This document shows positions 9,188 through 19,042 of a stretch of 64,000 bases of DNA, piece after piece. Position 1 is the stretch's first letter. Every line of letters starts with the position of its first letter. Source of the stretch: Fidelibacterota bacterium (GTDB lineage: Bacteria > Fidelibacterota > Marinisomatia > Marinisomatales > UBA1611); contig JABHUQ010000006.1 of assembly GCA_018658715.1 (NCBI GenBank), positions 12,904 through 76,903 on the forward strand. The letters are read 5' to 3'. The notes below the pieces were generated by a model. It worked only from the letters and a program-made list of their open reading frames with translations, made no database searches and was not told the DNA's origin. A program made the position numbers and the translations under genes.

Positions 9188-11321
9188 TCAATGGTGCAAT
9201 TACCAATGATACCACAGACATTAATTTGATCAAAATATTTAGCGATGGTCCGGACGTATCTTTAAAGGGGTCCCCAACAGTGTCGCCTACAACCGAAGCC
9301 TTATGTGCGTCAGACCCTTTTTGAAGTGTTTCGCCGTTTACATCCACGCCTTCTTCAATCATTTTTTTAGCATTATCCCATGCCCCTCCAGCATTGGATT
9401 GAAATATGGCCATTAAAACACCTGTCACTGTTACACCGGCAAGTAATCCGCCTAATGTTTCTGCTCCAAATACAAAACCAACAAAAACTGGTGATGAAAT
9501 AGCTAATAGGCCAGGCAAAACCATTTCTTTAATTGCAGATTGAGTGGATATTTCTACACATTTTCCGTGTTCAGCTTTCCCTAATGCATCTTCATACATA
9601 GCTCGATCATCTTCGTCCCAATCATTTTCATCTTTTAGATTTAAGAGATCTAAAGCTTTTTTTAATTCAGGGATATCACGAAATTGGCGCCTAACTTCTT
9701 CAATCATGGCCATTGCCGCACGTCCCACAGCTCCCATCGCCATTGATGAGAATAAGAATGGTAACATTCCTCCTACAAATAAACCAGCCATAACCATTGG
9801 GTTTGAGATATCAATAGAATCAATATCTGTTTGAACCATAAATGCTGCAAATAAAGCTAATGCTGTTAAAGCTGCAGACCCAATAGCAAAACCTTTTCCT
9901 ATAGCTGCTGTTGTATTTCCAACCGCATCTAATTTATCAGTTCGTTCGCGAACTTCTGCTGGCAATTCTGCCATTTCAGCAATACCGCCAGCATTATCAG
10001 AAATGGGACCATAGGCGTCCACAGCAAGCTGAATTCCTGTGTTTGCTAACATTCCAAGTGCCGCCATTGCAATTCCATATAATCCAGCAAAATGATGTGC
10101 GCCCATTATACCGGCGGCTAAAATCATAATCGGTACAGCAGTTGATTGCATTCCAACACCTAATCCAGCAATAATATTAGTAGCGGGGCCAGTTAAAGAT
10201 TGTTTAACTATTGATAATACGGGTGAAGTTCCTGTCCCTGTATAATGTTCAGTAATAAGCCCAATACCCAAACCTGCAATTAAACCGATTACTGTCGCAT
10301 AGAAAACACCCATACTTGTAAAAGCAACACCTCCCTGAACAAATGTATCAGGAAGAAATGATTGAATTAAAAAATAAATTGCCGCAATCATTATTGCCGA
10401 ACTACCAAATTCGCCTTGGTTTAATGCTTTTTGCGGGTCACCACCTTCTTTGACAGATACCATAAATGTTCCAATAATAGAAACTATGATTCCTGAAGCT
10501 GCAATAAATAGAGGCAATAAAACAAAGTTAATATTAAATACTCCTGCAGCTAAAATACTTGCTCCTAGCACCATAGAACCGACAATTGAACCTACGTAAG
10601 ATTCAAATAAGTCTGCTCCCATTCCTGCTACATCACCCACATTATCTCCCACATTATCTGCAATAGTAGCAGGATTCAATGGATGATCTTCAGGTATTCC
10701 AGCTTCAACTTTACCAACTAGGTCAGCACCTACATCGGCAGCTTTAGTATAAATACCTCCACCGACACGAGCAAATAATGCAATAGAAGATGCGCCTAAG
10801 GAAAATCCTGAAATTACATTTAATACAATTTTAATATTTATTGGATCATAACCGAAGTGATTAGAATAATAAATAAATAAACCACCCAATCCAAGAACGC
10901 CTAATCCAACTACACTTAATCCCATAACAGAACCGCCAGTAAAGGCAACATTTAATGCTGTTGCTAAACTTGTTCTTGCAGCATGCGTAGTTCGGTTATT
11001 TGCTTTCGTAGCCACTTTCATTCCTAAAAAGCCCGCTAAAGCAGAAGCAATAGCTCCCACAATAAACGATAAAGAGATTAAAATACTAGAATCTTGTCTT
11101 CCGGCGTTTGCAAACCCAAGCAATACGGCTACTGCAATAACAAATATACTTAATACACGATATTCAGCTTTTAAAAAAGCCATCGCACCATCAGCTATAC
11201 TAGCACCAATTTGCTTCATTCGGTTGGTACCTTCATTTTGTTTGTTAATCCATGTTGTTTTCCAAAATGAAAACAACATGGCTATTGCGCCTGCACCAAC
11301 AACTAAAAATAAATTATTCAT
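9180..11321 (-). CDS. hppA: Membrane-integral ion-translocating pyrophosphatase (K+-dependent subfamily signature)
   Basis: [28 protein letters not shown] and many TM segments. [10 protein letters not shown] has Ala rather than Lys after GNTT, which is the K+-dependent-type marker. Confidence 0.9.
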   Translation of the reverse strand: MNNLFLVVGAGAIAMLFSFWKTTWINKQNEGTNRMKQIGASIADGAMAFLKAEYRVLSIFVIAVAVLLGFANAGRQDSSILISLSFIVGAIASALAGFLGMKVATKANNRTTHAARTSLATALNVAFTGGSVMGLSVVGLGVLGLGGLFIYYSNHFGYDPINIKIVLNVISGFSLGASSIALFARVGGGIYTKAADVGADLVGKVEAGIPEDHPLNPATIADNVGDNVGDVAGMGADLFESYVGSIVGSMVLGASILAAGVFNINFVLLPLFIAASGIIVSIIGTFMVSVKEGGDPQKALNQGEFGSSAIMIAAIYFLIQSFLPDTFVQGGVAFTSMGVFYATVIGLIAGLGIGLITEHYTGTGTSPVLSIVKQSLTGPATNIIAGLGVGMQSTAVPIMILAAGIMGAHHFAGLYGIAMAALGMLANTGIQLAVDAYGPISDNAGGIAEMAELPAEVRERTDKLDAVGNTTAAIGKGFAIGSAALTALALFAAFMVQTDIDSIDISNPMVMAGLFVGGMLPFLFSSMAMGAVGRAAMAMIEEVRRQFRDIPELKKALDLLNLKDENDWDEDDRAMYEDALGKAEHGKCVEISTQSAIKEMVLPGLLAISSPVFVGFVFGAETLGGLLAGVTVTGVLMAIFQSNAGGAWDNAKKMIEEGVDVNGETLQKGSDAHKASVVGDTVGDPFKDTSGPSLNILIKLMSVVSLVIAPLIA

Positions 11322-11342
11322 TAATATCTGATCCTTTGTCCA

Positions 11343-11897
11343 TTAGTTAAAATTATTCATTGTTTTATTTAAACCATTTCTCAAAATTGATTCTACCGCA
11401 TTAGCTGTGTCTACAATTTTTTCATCAGCTAACACTGAATCCTTTTTTTTGAATGGTTTCAGAACATATTTTTCGGAAGGTCTTAATTTTTCACCTTCAA
11501 CTGCTATACCAAACCGAATGCGTGGGAAATGGGTATTCCCTAACTGATAAATAACAGATTCCATCCCACGATGACATCCGTCTCCACCTTTAGGTCGAAT
11601 TCGTATCGACCCCAAAGGAAGATCAACATCATCTAAAATAATAAATAGTTCAGATAAATCTATTCCCCATCGATGTACAACATCTTTAACGGGAATTCCA
11701 CTTCCATTCATTCCGATTATAGGCTTCACAAGCAAAAAACTTCTTTTTTTATCTTCTGCAAAAACATATTGACCCTGCCCTGGCTGAAAATTGATTTTCC
11801 AGCGACGTGCAAGTTCATCCACAACCCAGAAACCTGCATTATGTTTCGTTTTTGAGTATTCATGCCCCGTATTCCCTAGACCGACAAATGCGATCAT
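11343..11897 (-). CDS. pth: Peptidyl-tRNA hydrolase
   Basis: GLGNTGHEYSKTKHNAGF motif; prs-ctc-pth synteny. Confidence 0.9.
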   Translation of the reverse strand: MIAFVGLGNTGHEYSKTKHNAGFWVVDELARRWKINFQPGQGQYVFAEDKKRSFLLVKPIIGMNGSGIPVKDVVHRWGIDLSELFIILDDVDLPLGSIRIRPKGGDGCHRGMESVIYQLGNTHFPRIRFGIAVEGEKLRPSEKYVLKPFKKKDSVLADEKIVDTANAVESILRNGLNKTMNNFN

Positions 11898-11899
11898 AA

Positions 11900-12571
11900 T
11901 TATTTGGTTTCTTCTCCAGATCCATCATCAGATGAATCTTCTTCGGAGTCACCATCACCGCTTACTTCACCATCTTCATCCATTTCATCATCAAGATCAA
12001 TTTCAGGCTCTTCTTCAACTGCTGGCGGATGAATTGATGCAACATTAATATCGTTGCTTGTTAAAATTTCAATATCATCATTTCCTGTGCTTACATCAGC
12101 AATACTTATACTTGTATTTAATTCAAGTTCTGATATATCAACTACAATTTGTTCAGGAACATCAGTTGGGAAACACTCAATTTCTATAGACACTAATTGT
12201 TGAGATAATACACCGCCTTCTTTAATGCCAATTGCTTCACCCTCCAAAACTAGTGGAACAGTAATGCTGATTTTTTCTGATCTTCTGACACGCATAAGAT
12301 CTAAATGAACCACATCATCTGTTACTGGGTGATATTGCATTTGTTTAATCATTGCAAATTGCGTTTCTCCTCCTGTTTCAATTTCAAAAATATGTTGACC
12401 AGAATGAAGGGCATGAAATAAATCCCCACTATCAATACTTAGGTTTACATTTTCTGTTCCAGCATAATACAAAATTGCAGGGACTTGGCCTTCGCGACGC
12501 ATAGCTCTGGCAAATTTGCCACCTGTTGTTGTTCGTTCTTTAATGTTTAGCTTGTAATAAGATGAAGCCAT
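11900..12571 (-). CDS. rplY: 50S ribosomal protein L25 / general stress protein Ctc, with an acidic C-terminal tail
   Basis: RREGQVPAILYY...VHLDLMRV pattern; the tail is EEEPEIDLDDEMDEDGEVSGDGDSEEDSSDDGSGEE. Confidence 0.85.
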   Translation of the reverse strand: MASSYYKLNIKERTTTGGKFARAMRREGQVPAILYYAGTENVNLSIDSGDLFHALHSGQHIFEIETGGETQFAMIKQMQYHPVTDDVVHLDLMRVRRSEKISITVPLVLEGEAIGIKEGGVLSQQLVSIEIECFPTDVPEQIVVDISELELNTSISIADVSTGNDDIEILTSNDINVASIHPPAVEEEPEIDLDDEMDEDGEVSGDGDSEEDSSDDGSGEETK

Positions 12572-12585
12572 TTTTTATCTCCTAT

Positions 12586-13536
12586 TTAAAATTCGAAAAG
12601 GGCACTAACAGATTCACCGTGGTGAATCCTTCCTAGTGCTTCTCCAAAAACTTTTGATACTGTTACTATTTCCATATTTGGTAATATTTTTTCATCTGAT
12701 AATAATATAGTATCAGTTACTATTATTTTTTTAATTGGCGCGTTACTAAGTCTTTCAATAGCTGGCCCAGATAAAACTCCATGGGTGGCTACTGCCGTTA
12801 CACTTCTCGCCCCTTCTTTCATTGCCGCTTCAGCTGCATTTGCAGTTGTACCGGCTGTATCAATCATATCATCTATGATTAAAACATCTAGCCCCTTTAA
12901 TTCTCCAATCAAATGACTAATCTTTGCTTGATTCGGTTTAAATCGACGTTTGTCAATAAGCGCAAAATTCATTCCAAATCGTTTTGCGTAAGATTGCCCC
13001 ATTGGCGCAGACCCAATATCTGGTGCTAATACAACGCTTTCTTCATAGTTGAATCCTTGTGAAGAAATAGCATCCAATAATACCATACGACTATACAAAT
13101 GGTCGAATGGAATAGTAGCAAACCCCTGTATCTGGGTTGAGTGTAAATCCATACTAATAATTCTGTCTGCTCCTAGAGTAGAAATAACATCTACCATTAC
13201 CCGAGATGATATTGGGACTCTTGGCTGATCTTTTCGATCCTGTCTTCCGTACCCAAAGTATGGAATTACAACCGTCACGCGTTCTGCTGACGCGCGGACT
13301 GCTGCATCAATCATAAGAAATAGTTCCATTAAATTTTCTGACGGCCCATTCGTAGATTGAATCAAAAAAACATCTTTTCCTCTAATATTCTCTTCATAAC
13401 GAACCCATAATTCTCCATCCGAAAATGTTCGTATGGATATTTGGCCAAGATTATGCCCCATTGAGGATACAATTTTCTCCGCTAAAGCCGGATTACTACG
13501 GCCTGAAAAAAGTTTCATATTGTTTTGTGTTGTCAT
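12586..13536 (-). CDS. prs: Ribose-phosphate pyrophosphokinase
   Basis: DLHSTQIQGF and the PRPP-binding loop VLIIDDMIDTAGT. Confidence 0.9.
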   Translation of the reverse strand: MTTQNNMKLFSGRSNPALAEKIVSSMGHNLGQISIRTFSDGELWVRYEENIRGKDVFLIQSTNGPSENLMELFLMIDAAVRASAERVTVVIPYFGYGRQDRKDQPRVPISSRVMVDVISTLGADRIISMDLHSTQIQGFATIPFDHLYSRMVLLDAISSQGFNYEESVVLAPDIGSAPMGQSYAKRFGMNFALIDKRRFKPNQAKISHLIGELKGLDVLIIDDMIDTAGTTANAAEAAMKEGARSVTAVATHGVLSGPAIERLSNAPIKKIIVTDTILLSDEKILPNMEIVTVSKVFGEALGRIHHGESVSALFEF

Positions 13537-13541
13537 GATTG

Positions 13542-13612
13542 CTGGGGCGTAGGGAATCGAACCCCAACTACCTGGACCAAAACCAGGTGTCCTACCGTTA
13601 GACGACGCCCCA
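13542..13612 (-). tRNA. tRNA-Gln (anticodon UUG)
   Basis: The reverse complement is TGGGGCGTCGTCTAACGGTAGGACACCTGGTTTTGGTCCAGG...GGGGTTCGATTCCCTACGCCCCAG. It has a 7-bp acceptor stem, an anticodon stem CCTGG/CCAGG with loop TTTTGGT, and a T-loop GGTTCGATTCC. No CCA is encoded. Confidence 0.85.
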
Positions 13613-13630
13613 ATTAATTTTTGGGCTTAA

Positions 13631-14521
13631 TTACAACAATCTTTGTATAGGGTAAGTAAGAACGGTACGATATTCGGATGATATTTCTGACTCGGCTTTT
13701 ATTGCATCGGCTTCCTCGTCAAAGATTCCGAACACAGTCGAGCCACTTCCCGACAGACTGGTATATTTTGCTCCATAAGCTTGAATCAATTCCTTGATTC
13801 TACCAATCTCTGGATATGTTGGAATTACTACTAATTCAAAATCATTCTCAAAAAGCTCAAGAGGACTTTCATCCCCCTGAAAAAGGTTGGCGAAATTATG
13901 AGGATCAGTTTCTCTCTCCAAGTGCTTTTTTACCTGCGAATATGCTTGAGATGTATCAATTGAGATGTCTGGAATTACAAGTAAATATGTTCCAGTGATT
14001 GGGTTTTCTATTGATGTAAGTTTATCACCAATACCTTCTCCCAACTGAGTTCCGCCTTGAATAAAAAAAGGTACATCCGCTCCAATTGATTTCCCCAAAT
14101 TCATTAATTTGTGATCTGTACCATTTGTTTTATATAAAGTATTTAAACCTTTTAAAATAGTGGCAACGTTTGATGAGCCTCCACCAAGACCTCCTCCCGC
14201 TGGTATTTTTTTATTTAATTCAATAGACACGCCAGTCGGTATTTGATAATAGTCCGAAAACACATCCCATGCTTGTACGCATAGATTTGAAATATCATTT
14301 TTAAGCCATTCGACATTGGATGAGAATTTACACCCATGGTTTATTTTAGTTAAAGAGATAGAGTCGCAAAACGATATTTCTTGAAAAATAGATTGAATAT
14401 TATGGTAGCCATCTGGTCGTTTACTGACAATCCGAAGACCAATATTTACTTTAGCGCATGATTTTAAAGTGAGTGTATTTTTCAACGAGATGATAGTGTA
14501 GCAATACTTTGAACTGCCCAA
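13631..14521 (-). CDS. ispE: 4-diphosphocytidyl-2-C-methyl-D-erythritol kinase
   Basis: AKVNIGLRIVSKRPDGYH and the GHMP kinase loop PAGGGLGGGSSNVA. A TTG at 14485 forming a TTGA overlap with the ispF stop is a likelier start than the ATG at 14521. Confidence 0.85.
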   Translation of the reverse strand: MGSSKYCYTIISLKNTLTLKSCAKVNIGLRIVSKRPDGYHNIQSIFQEISFCDSISLTKINHGCKFSSNVEWLKNDISNLCVQAWDVFSDYYQIPTGVSIELNKKIPAGGGLGGGSSNVATILKGLNTLYKTNGTDHKLMNLGKSIGADVPFFIQGGTQLGEGIGDKLTSIENPITGTYLLVIPDISIDTSQAYSQVKKHLERETDPHNFANLFQGDESPLELFENDFELVVIPTYPEIGRIKELIQAYGAKYTSLSGSGSTVFGIFDEEADAIKAESEISSEYRTVLTYPIQRLL

Positions 14522-14958
14522 CCTTTTCCTTCACCAATGTACCCTAAATAATCAGTCGTTGTTGCTTTGATTGATACTTGATTTTCATCTACCTGAAGTA
14601 TATATGATAATTTGTATTTCATTTCAGCGATAAAGCTTGAAATTTTTGGCTGTTGTAAAATAATAACACTATCAATATGGTTTATATCAAATCCAGCATC
14701 GCGGATTTTATTAGCGACTTCAGTTAAAAAATAACTACTCGCCATCCCTTTCCAAGACGTATCATCGCTTGGAAAATATTGGCCAATATCACCCAAGGAT
14801 GCTGCTCCTAATAAAGCATCTATAATTGCATGAATAAGCGCATCGCCATCTGAGTGACCTACAGATCCTTTTTGACTGGGGATTTCAACACCTCCAATAA
14901 TGAGCTTTTCTCCTTCAGCTAACTGATGTGCATCATACCCAATACCGGTCCTAATCAT
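14482..14958 (-). CDS. ispF: 2-C-methyl-D-erythritol 2,4-cyclodiphosphate synthase
   Basis: RTGIGYDAHQL and GHSDGDALIHAI motifs. Confidence 0.9.
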   Translation of the reverse strand: MIRTGIGYDAHQLAEGEKLIIGGVEIPSQKGSVGHSDGDALIHAIIDALLGAASLGDIGQYFPSDDTSWKGMASSYFLTEVANKIRDAGFDINHIDSVIILQQPKISSFIAEMKYKLSYILQVDENQVSIKATTTDYLGYIGEGKGWAVQSIATLSSR

Positions 14959-15653
14959 ATTTGTTCCTTCTTTACCATAATTTGAATTGCTAATTCCCAG
15001 TCTTCTTGTGTTGTTATTTTCATATTCCGAGACGACCCTTTGATTATCCCAATATTATAACCCGCATGTTCCATAATAGATGATTCATCTGTCCCAACAA
15101 AGTTTTTTTCATGAGCTAAATCAAAAGCTTGAATTAATTTAACTTTGTGAAATGTTTGAGGAGTTTGAGCCTGCCAGAGAATTGTACGGTCTATAGTCGA
15201 CTGAATAGTAAATCCATCTGATTGCTTTATTGTGTCTCGCGCAGGAATTGCAACAATAGCTCCATCCATAGATGTGCATTTGTTGATAGTATCTCGGATC
15301 ATTGAATCTGATACAAAAGGCCTAGCCGCATCATGAATACATACACATTCAGAATCATTCGAAGAAGCTTTAATTCCATTCATAACTGATTCCTGTCTCA
15401 ATTTTCCTCCTTCAATTACTTTAACTTTTTTTGTCGGAAATATAGAAACAACTTCTCTCATTACCTGATGTCTATCGATTGATGGAACTACAAGAATAAC
15501 TTCATCAATCCACTGAGAATTGATAAAAGGCCTAATGGTGTAGTAAAGGAGTGGTCGACTCCCAAACAACTTAAACTGTTTGGTTTCTCCAAATCGCGAA
15601 CCGCTTCCTGCAGCTGGAATAATAGCGCTAACTTTAAACGGAGATTGAATCAC
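14955..15653 (-). CDS. ispD: 2-C-methyl-D-erythritol 4-phosphate cytidylyltransferase
   Basis: AIIPAAGSGSRFG N-terminal motif; contiguous with ispF. Confidence 0.85.
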   Translation of the reverse strand: MIQSPFKVSAIIPAAGSGSRFGETKQFKLFGSRPLLYYTIRPFINSQWIDEVILVVPSIDRHQVMREVVSIFPTKKVKVIEGGKLRQESVMNGIKASSNDSECVCIHDAARPFVSDSMIRDTINKCTSMDGAIVAIPARDTIKQSDGFTIQSTIDRTILWQAQTPQTFHKVKLIQAFDLAHEKNFVGTDESSIMEHAGYNIGIIKGSSRNMKITTQEDWELAIQIMVKKEQI

Positions 15654-15655
15654 TA

Positions 15656-16708
15656 CTAAACTATTATCATCGAATCCCCATAACTGAGGAAACGATAATC
15701 GTTTTTCTTCGCTTCGCGATAAGCCTTCATCATTAAATCTCGATCCGAAAATGCGGAAACCATCATCATTAATGTAGATTTTGGTGTATGAAAATTGGTT
15801 ATCATCCGATCTACCATTTTAAAATCATATGGAGGATAAATAAATTTATCCGTCCAACCGCGTTTTGGAGATACTTGAAAACCCGATACAACAACCGTCT
15901 CTAAAGCACGAACAGTAGACGTACCTACAGCAACAATTCGTCTATGTTTTTTCCGTGCTTCGTTAATTGCTAATGCCACTTTTGGTGATACTTCAAAATA
16001 CTCTGAATCCATTTGGTGACGATTTAAATCTTCTACTTGAACAGGTCGAAATGTGCCCAACCCAATATGAAGAGTTATATATTCTATTTTTACTCCCTTT
16101 TTTTCTAATTTCTTAAGAAGGGGTGGGGTAAAGTGCAACCCTGCGGTTGGAGCCGCGACTGCGCCTCGTTCTTCTGCATAAACGGTTTGGTATCTCTTTT
16201 TATCAGATGTTTCAGCATCTCGGTTTATGTATGGTGGAAGGGGTGAAATACCAATTTTATCAATCATGCTATGAAGATCATCGCCATCATATTCAAAGCG
16301 AACAACGCGTCCACCAGAAACAGTATTATCAATAACATCACATTGCATTTTTGGAGTAAACATCAATTTATTTCCAATTCGAACTTTTCTAGCGGGCTTT
16401 ACCATTACTTCCCAAAGGTCGTTGGATAATTCGCGTAATAGAAAAACTTCTACCTTCGCGTCGGTTCTGTCTTTTGTTGCAAACAACCGCGCTGGGAACA
16501 CTTTTGTTTTATTCAGTATTAATAAATCATTTTTCTTTAAATAATCTACGACATTGGAAAATTTCTTATGTTCAATCGTTTTTTCTTCACGATTAACTAC
16601 CATCATTTTTGCTTGATCTCGTTTAGTTTCTGGGTATTGGGCAATATATTTTTTTGGTAATGCATAATCAAAATCAGCCAATTTATATTTTTTCTTTTTT
16701 TCTATCAT
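15656..16708 (-). CDS. queA: S-adenosylmethionine:tRNA ribosyltransferase-isomerase
   Basis: [18 protein letters not shown]-terminus, [11 protein letters not shown], and length 350 aa. Confidence 0.9.
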   Translation of the reverse strand: MIEKKKKYKLADFDYALPKKYIAQYPETKRDQAKMMVVNREEKTIEHKKFSNVVDYLKKNDLLILNKTKVFPARLFATKDRTDAKVEVFLLRELSNDLWEVMVKPARKVRIGNKLMFTPKMQCDVIDNTVSGGRVVRFEYDGDDLHSMIDKIGISPLPPYINRDAETSDKKRYQTVYAEERGAVAAPTAGLHFTPPLLKKLEKKGVKIEYITLHIGLGTFRPVQVEDLNRHQMDSEYFEVSPKVALAINEARKKHRRIVAVGTSTVRALETVVVSGFQVSPKRGWTDKFIYPPYDFKMVDRMITNFHTPKSTLMMMVSAFSDRDLMMKAYREAKKNDYRFLSYGDSMIIV

Positions 16709-17727
16709 TCAAATAACCTCTGTTGTTCTTTTTTTATTGTTTTTCCTAATAATTTGAAAGCGGACTCTTGTGCTAATCTTCCTCTTGATGTCCGTTGTAA
16801 AAATCCATTCTTAATTAAAAAAGGTTCATATACATCTTCTATTGTGTTAGGGTCTTCTCCTATGGCTACAGCCAATGACTTCACGCCAACAGGGCCTCCG
16901 TCAAACTTATCGATTAGTATTTCAAGGATTTTCCTATCCATATCATCAAGTCCAATTTTATCAATCCCCAATGTATCTAGTGCTCCTTTTGCAACATCCA
17001 TATCAATTTTACCATTTGCTTTAACTTGAGCAAAATCTCTAGTTCTTCTTAAGATACGGTTAGCCACTCGGGGAGTTCCCCTGCTTCTTCTTGCAAGCTC
17101 CATGGCGCCATCATCATCAATTTCTACTTCTAAAATATCAGCGGATCGATTGATAATATGAAATAAATCTTCTGGTTCATAATAATTCAACCTTAATACA
17201 ACACCAAACCTGTCACGCAAAGGTGATGTTAAATTTCCTAATCGCGTTGTTGCCCCAATGAGTGTAAATGGTTCAATACTTAACTGAACGCTCCTAGCGC
17301 TTGGCCCTTTATCAATCATAATGTCAATCGAATAATCTTCCATTGCTGAATAAAGATATTCTTCAACCACACTATTAAGTCGGTGTATTTCATCTATAAA
17401 AAATACATCTCTGTGCCCAAGATTTGTTATCATACCCGCCAAATCACCAGCACGCTCCAATACAGGACCGGATGCTTGCTTAATATTGGCATTCAATTCT
17501 TTCGATATAATATTAGCCAAAGTTGTTTTACCAAGCCCAGGAGGCCCGAACAATAACACATGATCTAAAGCATCTCCGCGATTGTTTGCTGCTTCAATAT
17601 ATAACTTAAGATTGTCTACCAAATCTTTTTGTCCGATAAATTCATCAAAGCAAGATGGTCGGAGTGATTTCTCTACAACAAGGTCATCATCAAATGGGGT
17701 TGGGTCTGTAATATGTATTTCTGTCAC
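16705..17727 (-). CDS. ruvB: Holliday junction branch migration helicase RuvB
   Basis: [12 protein letters not shown], Walker [12 protein letters not shown] and Walker B FIDEIHRL. Confidence 0.95.
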   Translation of the reverse strand: MTEIHITDPTPFDDDLVVEKSLRPSCFDEFIGQKDLVDNLKLYIEAANNRGDALDHVLLFGPPGLGKTTLANIISKELNANIKQASGPVLERAGDLAGMITNLGHRDVFFIDEIHRLNSVVEEYLYSAMEDYSIDIMIDKGPSARSVQLSIEPFTLIGATTRLGNLTSPLRDRFGVVLRLNYYEPEDLFHIINRSADILEVEIDDDGAMELARRSRGTPRVANRILRRTRDFAQVKANGKIDMDVAKGALDTLGIDKIGLDDMDRKILEILIDKFDGGPVGVKSLAVAIGEDPNTIEDVYEPFLIKNGFLQRTSRGRLAQESAFKLLGKTIKKEQQRLFE

Positions 17728-17818
17728 AATGAAATAATCAATAATCGATCAAAAACTAGTCTTGAAGATACAAAATTGCTCAAGGGGGTTGTCAAGGGGG
17801 GGATGAATTTATTTTTTA

Positions 17819-19009
17819 TTATATTTTCGATAATGATTGTTCAATATCATCAATAAGATCGTCGGGCGATTCAATACCAACAGAAAAGCGAATTAAATTT
17901 TCACTAATTCCTACTCTTTCTCGTTCTTTTTGTGTCATTCCGATATGAGAACTTACTGCTGGTCTTGTAATTAATGAATCTACACCGCCAAGGCTAGGCG
18001 CATCAATCGGAAGGGCTAAATTAGAAATAAAATCATCAGAATTTTGAACAGTCCCTTCTACAACAAAACTCATCATTCCTCCAAAGCCATCAAATAAAGA
18101 TGTTGCTGTTTGATAATTGGGGTGAGACACTAAACCGGGATAGTTTACTTTGCTTACTTTTGGGTGTAACTCTAAGAATCTCGAAATTTTAAGAGCATTT
18201 TCATTTTGTCTTTCTATACGAAGAGATAAAGTTTTCATCCCGCGATGTAATAAAAAACATGCATGAGGGTCTAGGCTTCCACCATAATGATCTAAATGGA
18301 ATTTTATTTTATCTATAATATCATGGCTCCCGATTACGGCACCTGCTACAATATCCGAATGACCATTTAAATATTTTGAACCACTATGAATAGAAATATC
18401 AAATCCCCATTCGATCGGCCTAAAGTTAACAGGGCTTGCAAATGTATTATCAATGATTGATATAAGGTTGTTATTTTTTGCGAATTGCACAATAGCTTCT
18501 AAGTCTGCGACTTGTAAAAGCGGGTTTGACATAGTTTCAACATAGATTAATCGCGTATTTTCCTTTACTGCACTTTTCCAAGTTTCCGGTTTATTCCCGT
18601 CAATAAAATCAAAAGTAATTCCCCTTCGAGGAAAATCCTTACTCATTAATGTGTGGGTTCCTCCATAAAGAGAATCTTGTGCTAAGAAATGATCTCCTTG
18701 AGACAATAAGGTATATAGAGTGGTTGATATAGCTGCCATTCCGCTAGCGGTTACAATAGCATCTTCACCATTCTCAATTGATGCTAACTTTTTATGAAGT
18801 ACAATTTGATTTGGAGTATTATTAAGTCGAATATATCGTACATCATGGTAGCTAGTTTCACCTGCAGATTCAAAAGTAGATGATTGAAATATTGGCATGC
18901 TAACTGATCCAAGGATTTTTGGCTTTGGTTCACCACTATGAATTAATTTAGTATCAATAGGCTTCTTTTTATCTACCATTATATTTCTTTCAAGTATTTT
19001 GAATAACAC
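17819..19009 (-). CDS. Cys/Met-metabolism PLP-dependent enzyme (cystathionine gamma-synthase / beta-lyase / methionine gamma-lyase family)
   Basis: PLP-lysine motif HSGSKYLNGHSD plus overall family pattern. The exact activity cannot be assigned. Confidence 0.8.
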   Translation of the reverse strand: MLFKILERNIMVDKKKPIDTKLIHSGEPKPKILGSVSMPIFQSSTFESAGETSYHDVRYIRLNNTPNQIVLHKKLASIENGEDAIVTASGMAAISTTLYTLLSQGDHFLAQDSLYGGTHTLMSKDFPRRGITFDFIDGNKPETWKSAVKENTRLIYVETMSNPLLQVADLEAIVQFAKNNNLISIIDNTFASPVNFRPIEWGFDISIHSGSKYLNGHSDIVAGAVIGSHDIIDKIKFHLDHYGGSLDPHACFLLHRGMKTLSLRIERQNENALKISRFLELHPKVSKVNYPGLVSHPNYQTATSLFDGFGGMMSFVVEGTVQNSDDFISNLALPIDAPSLGGVDSLITRPAVSSHIGMTQKERERVGISENLIRFSVGIESPDDLIDDIEQSLSKI

Positions 19010-19042
19010 TTATTTAAGTTTTTTGTATTTATCTGTATTAGT

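Noticed and set aside
17775-17800. Direct repeat TCAAGGGGG x2 and TTGACA on the minus strand upstream of ruvB, considered as a promoter or operator.
   Set aside because: TTGACA is present, but the best -10 candidate (TATCTT) is 19 nt away and lacks a proper extended -10. This is too weak to call.
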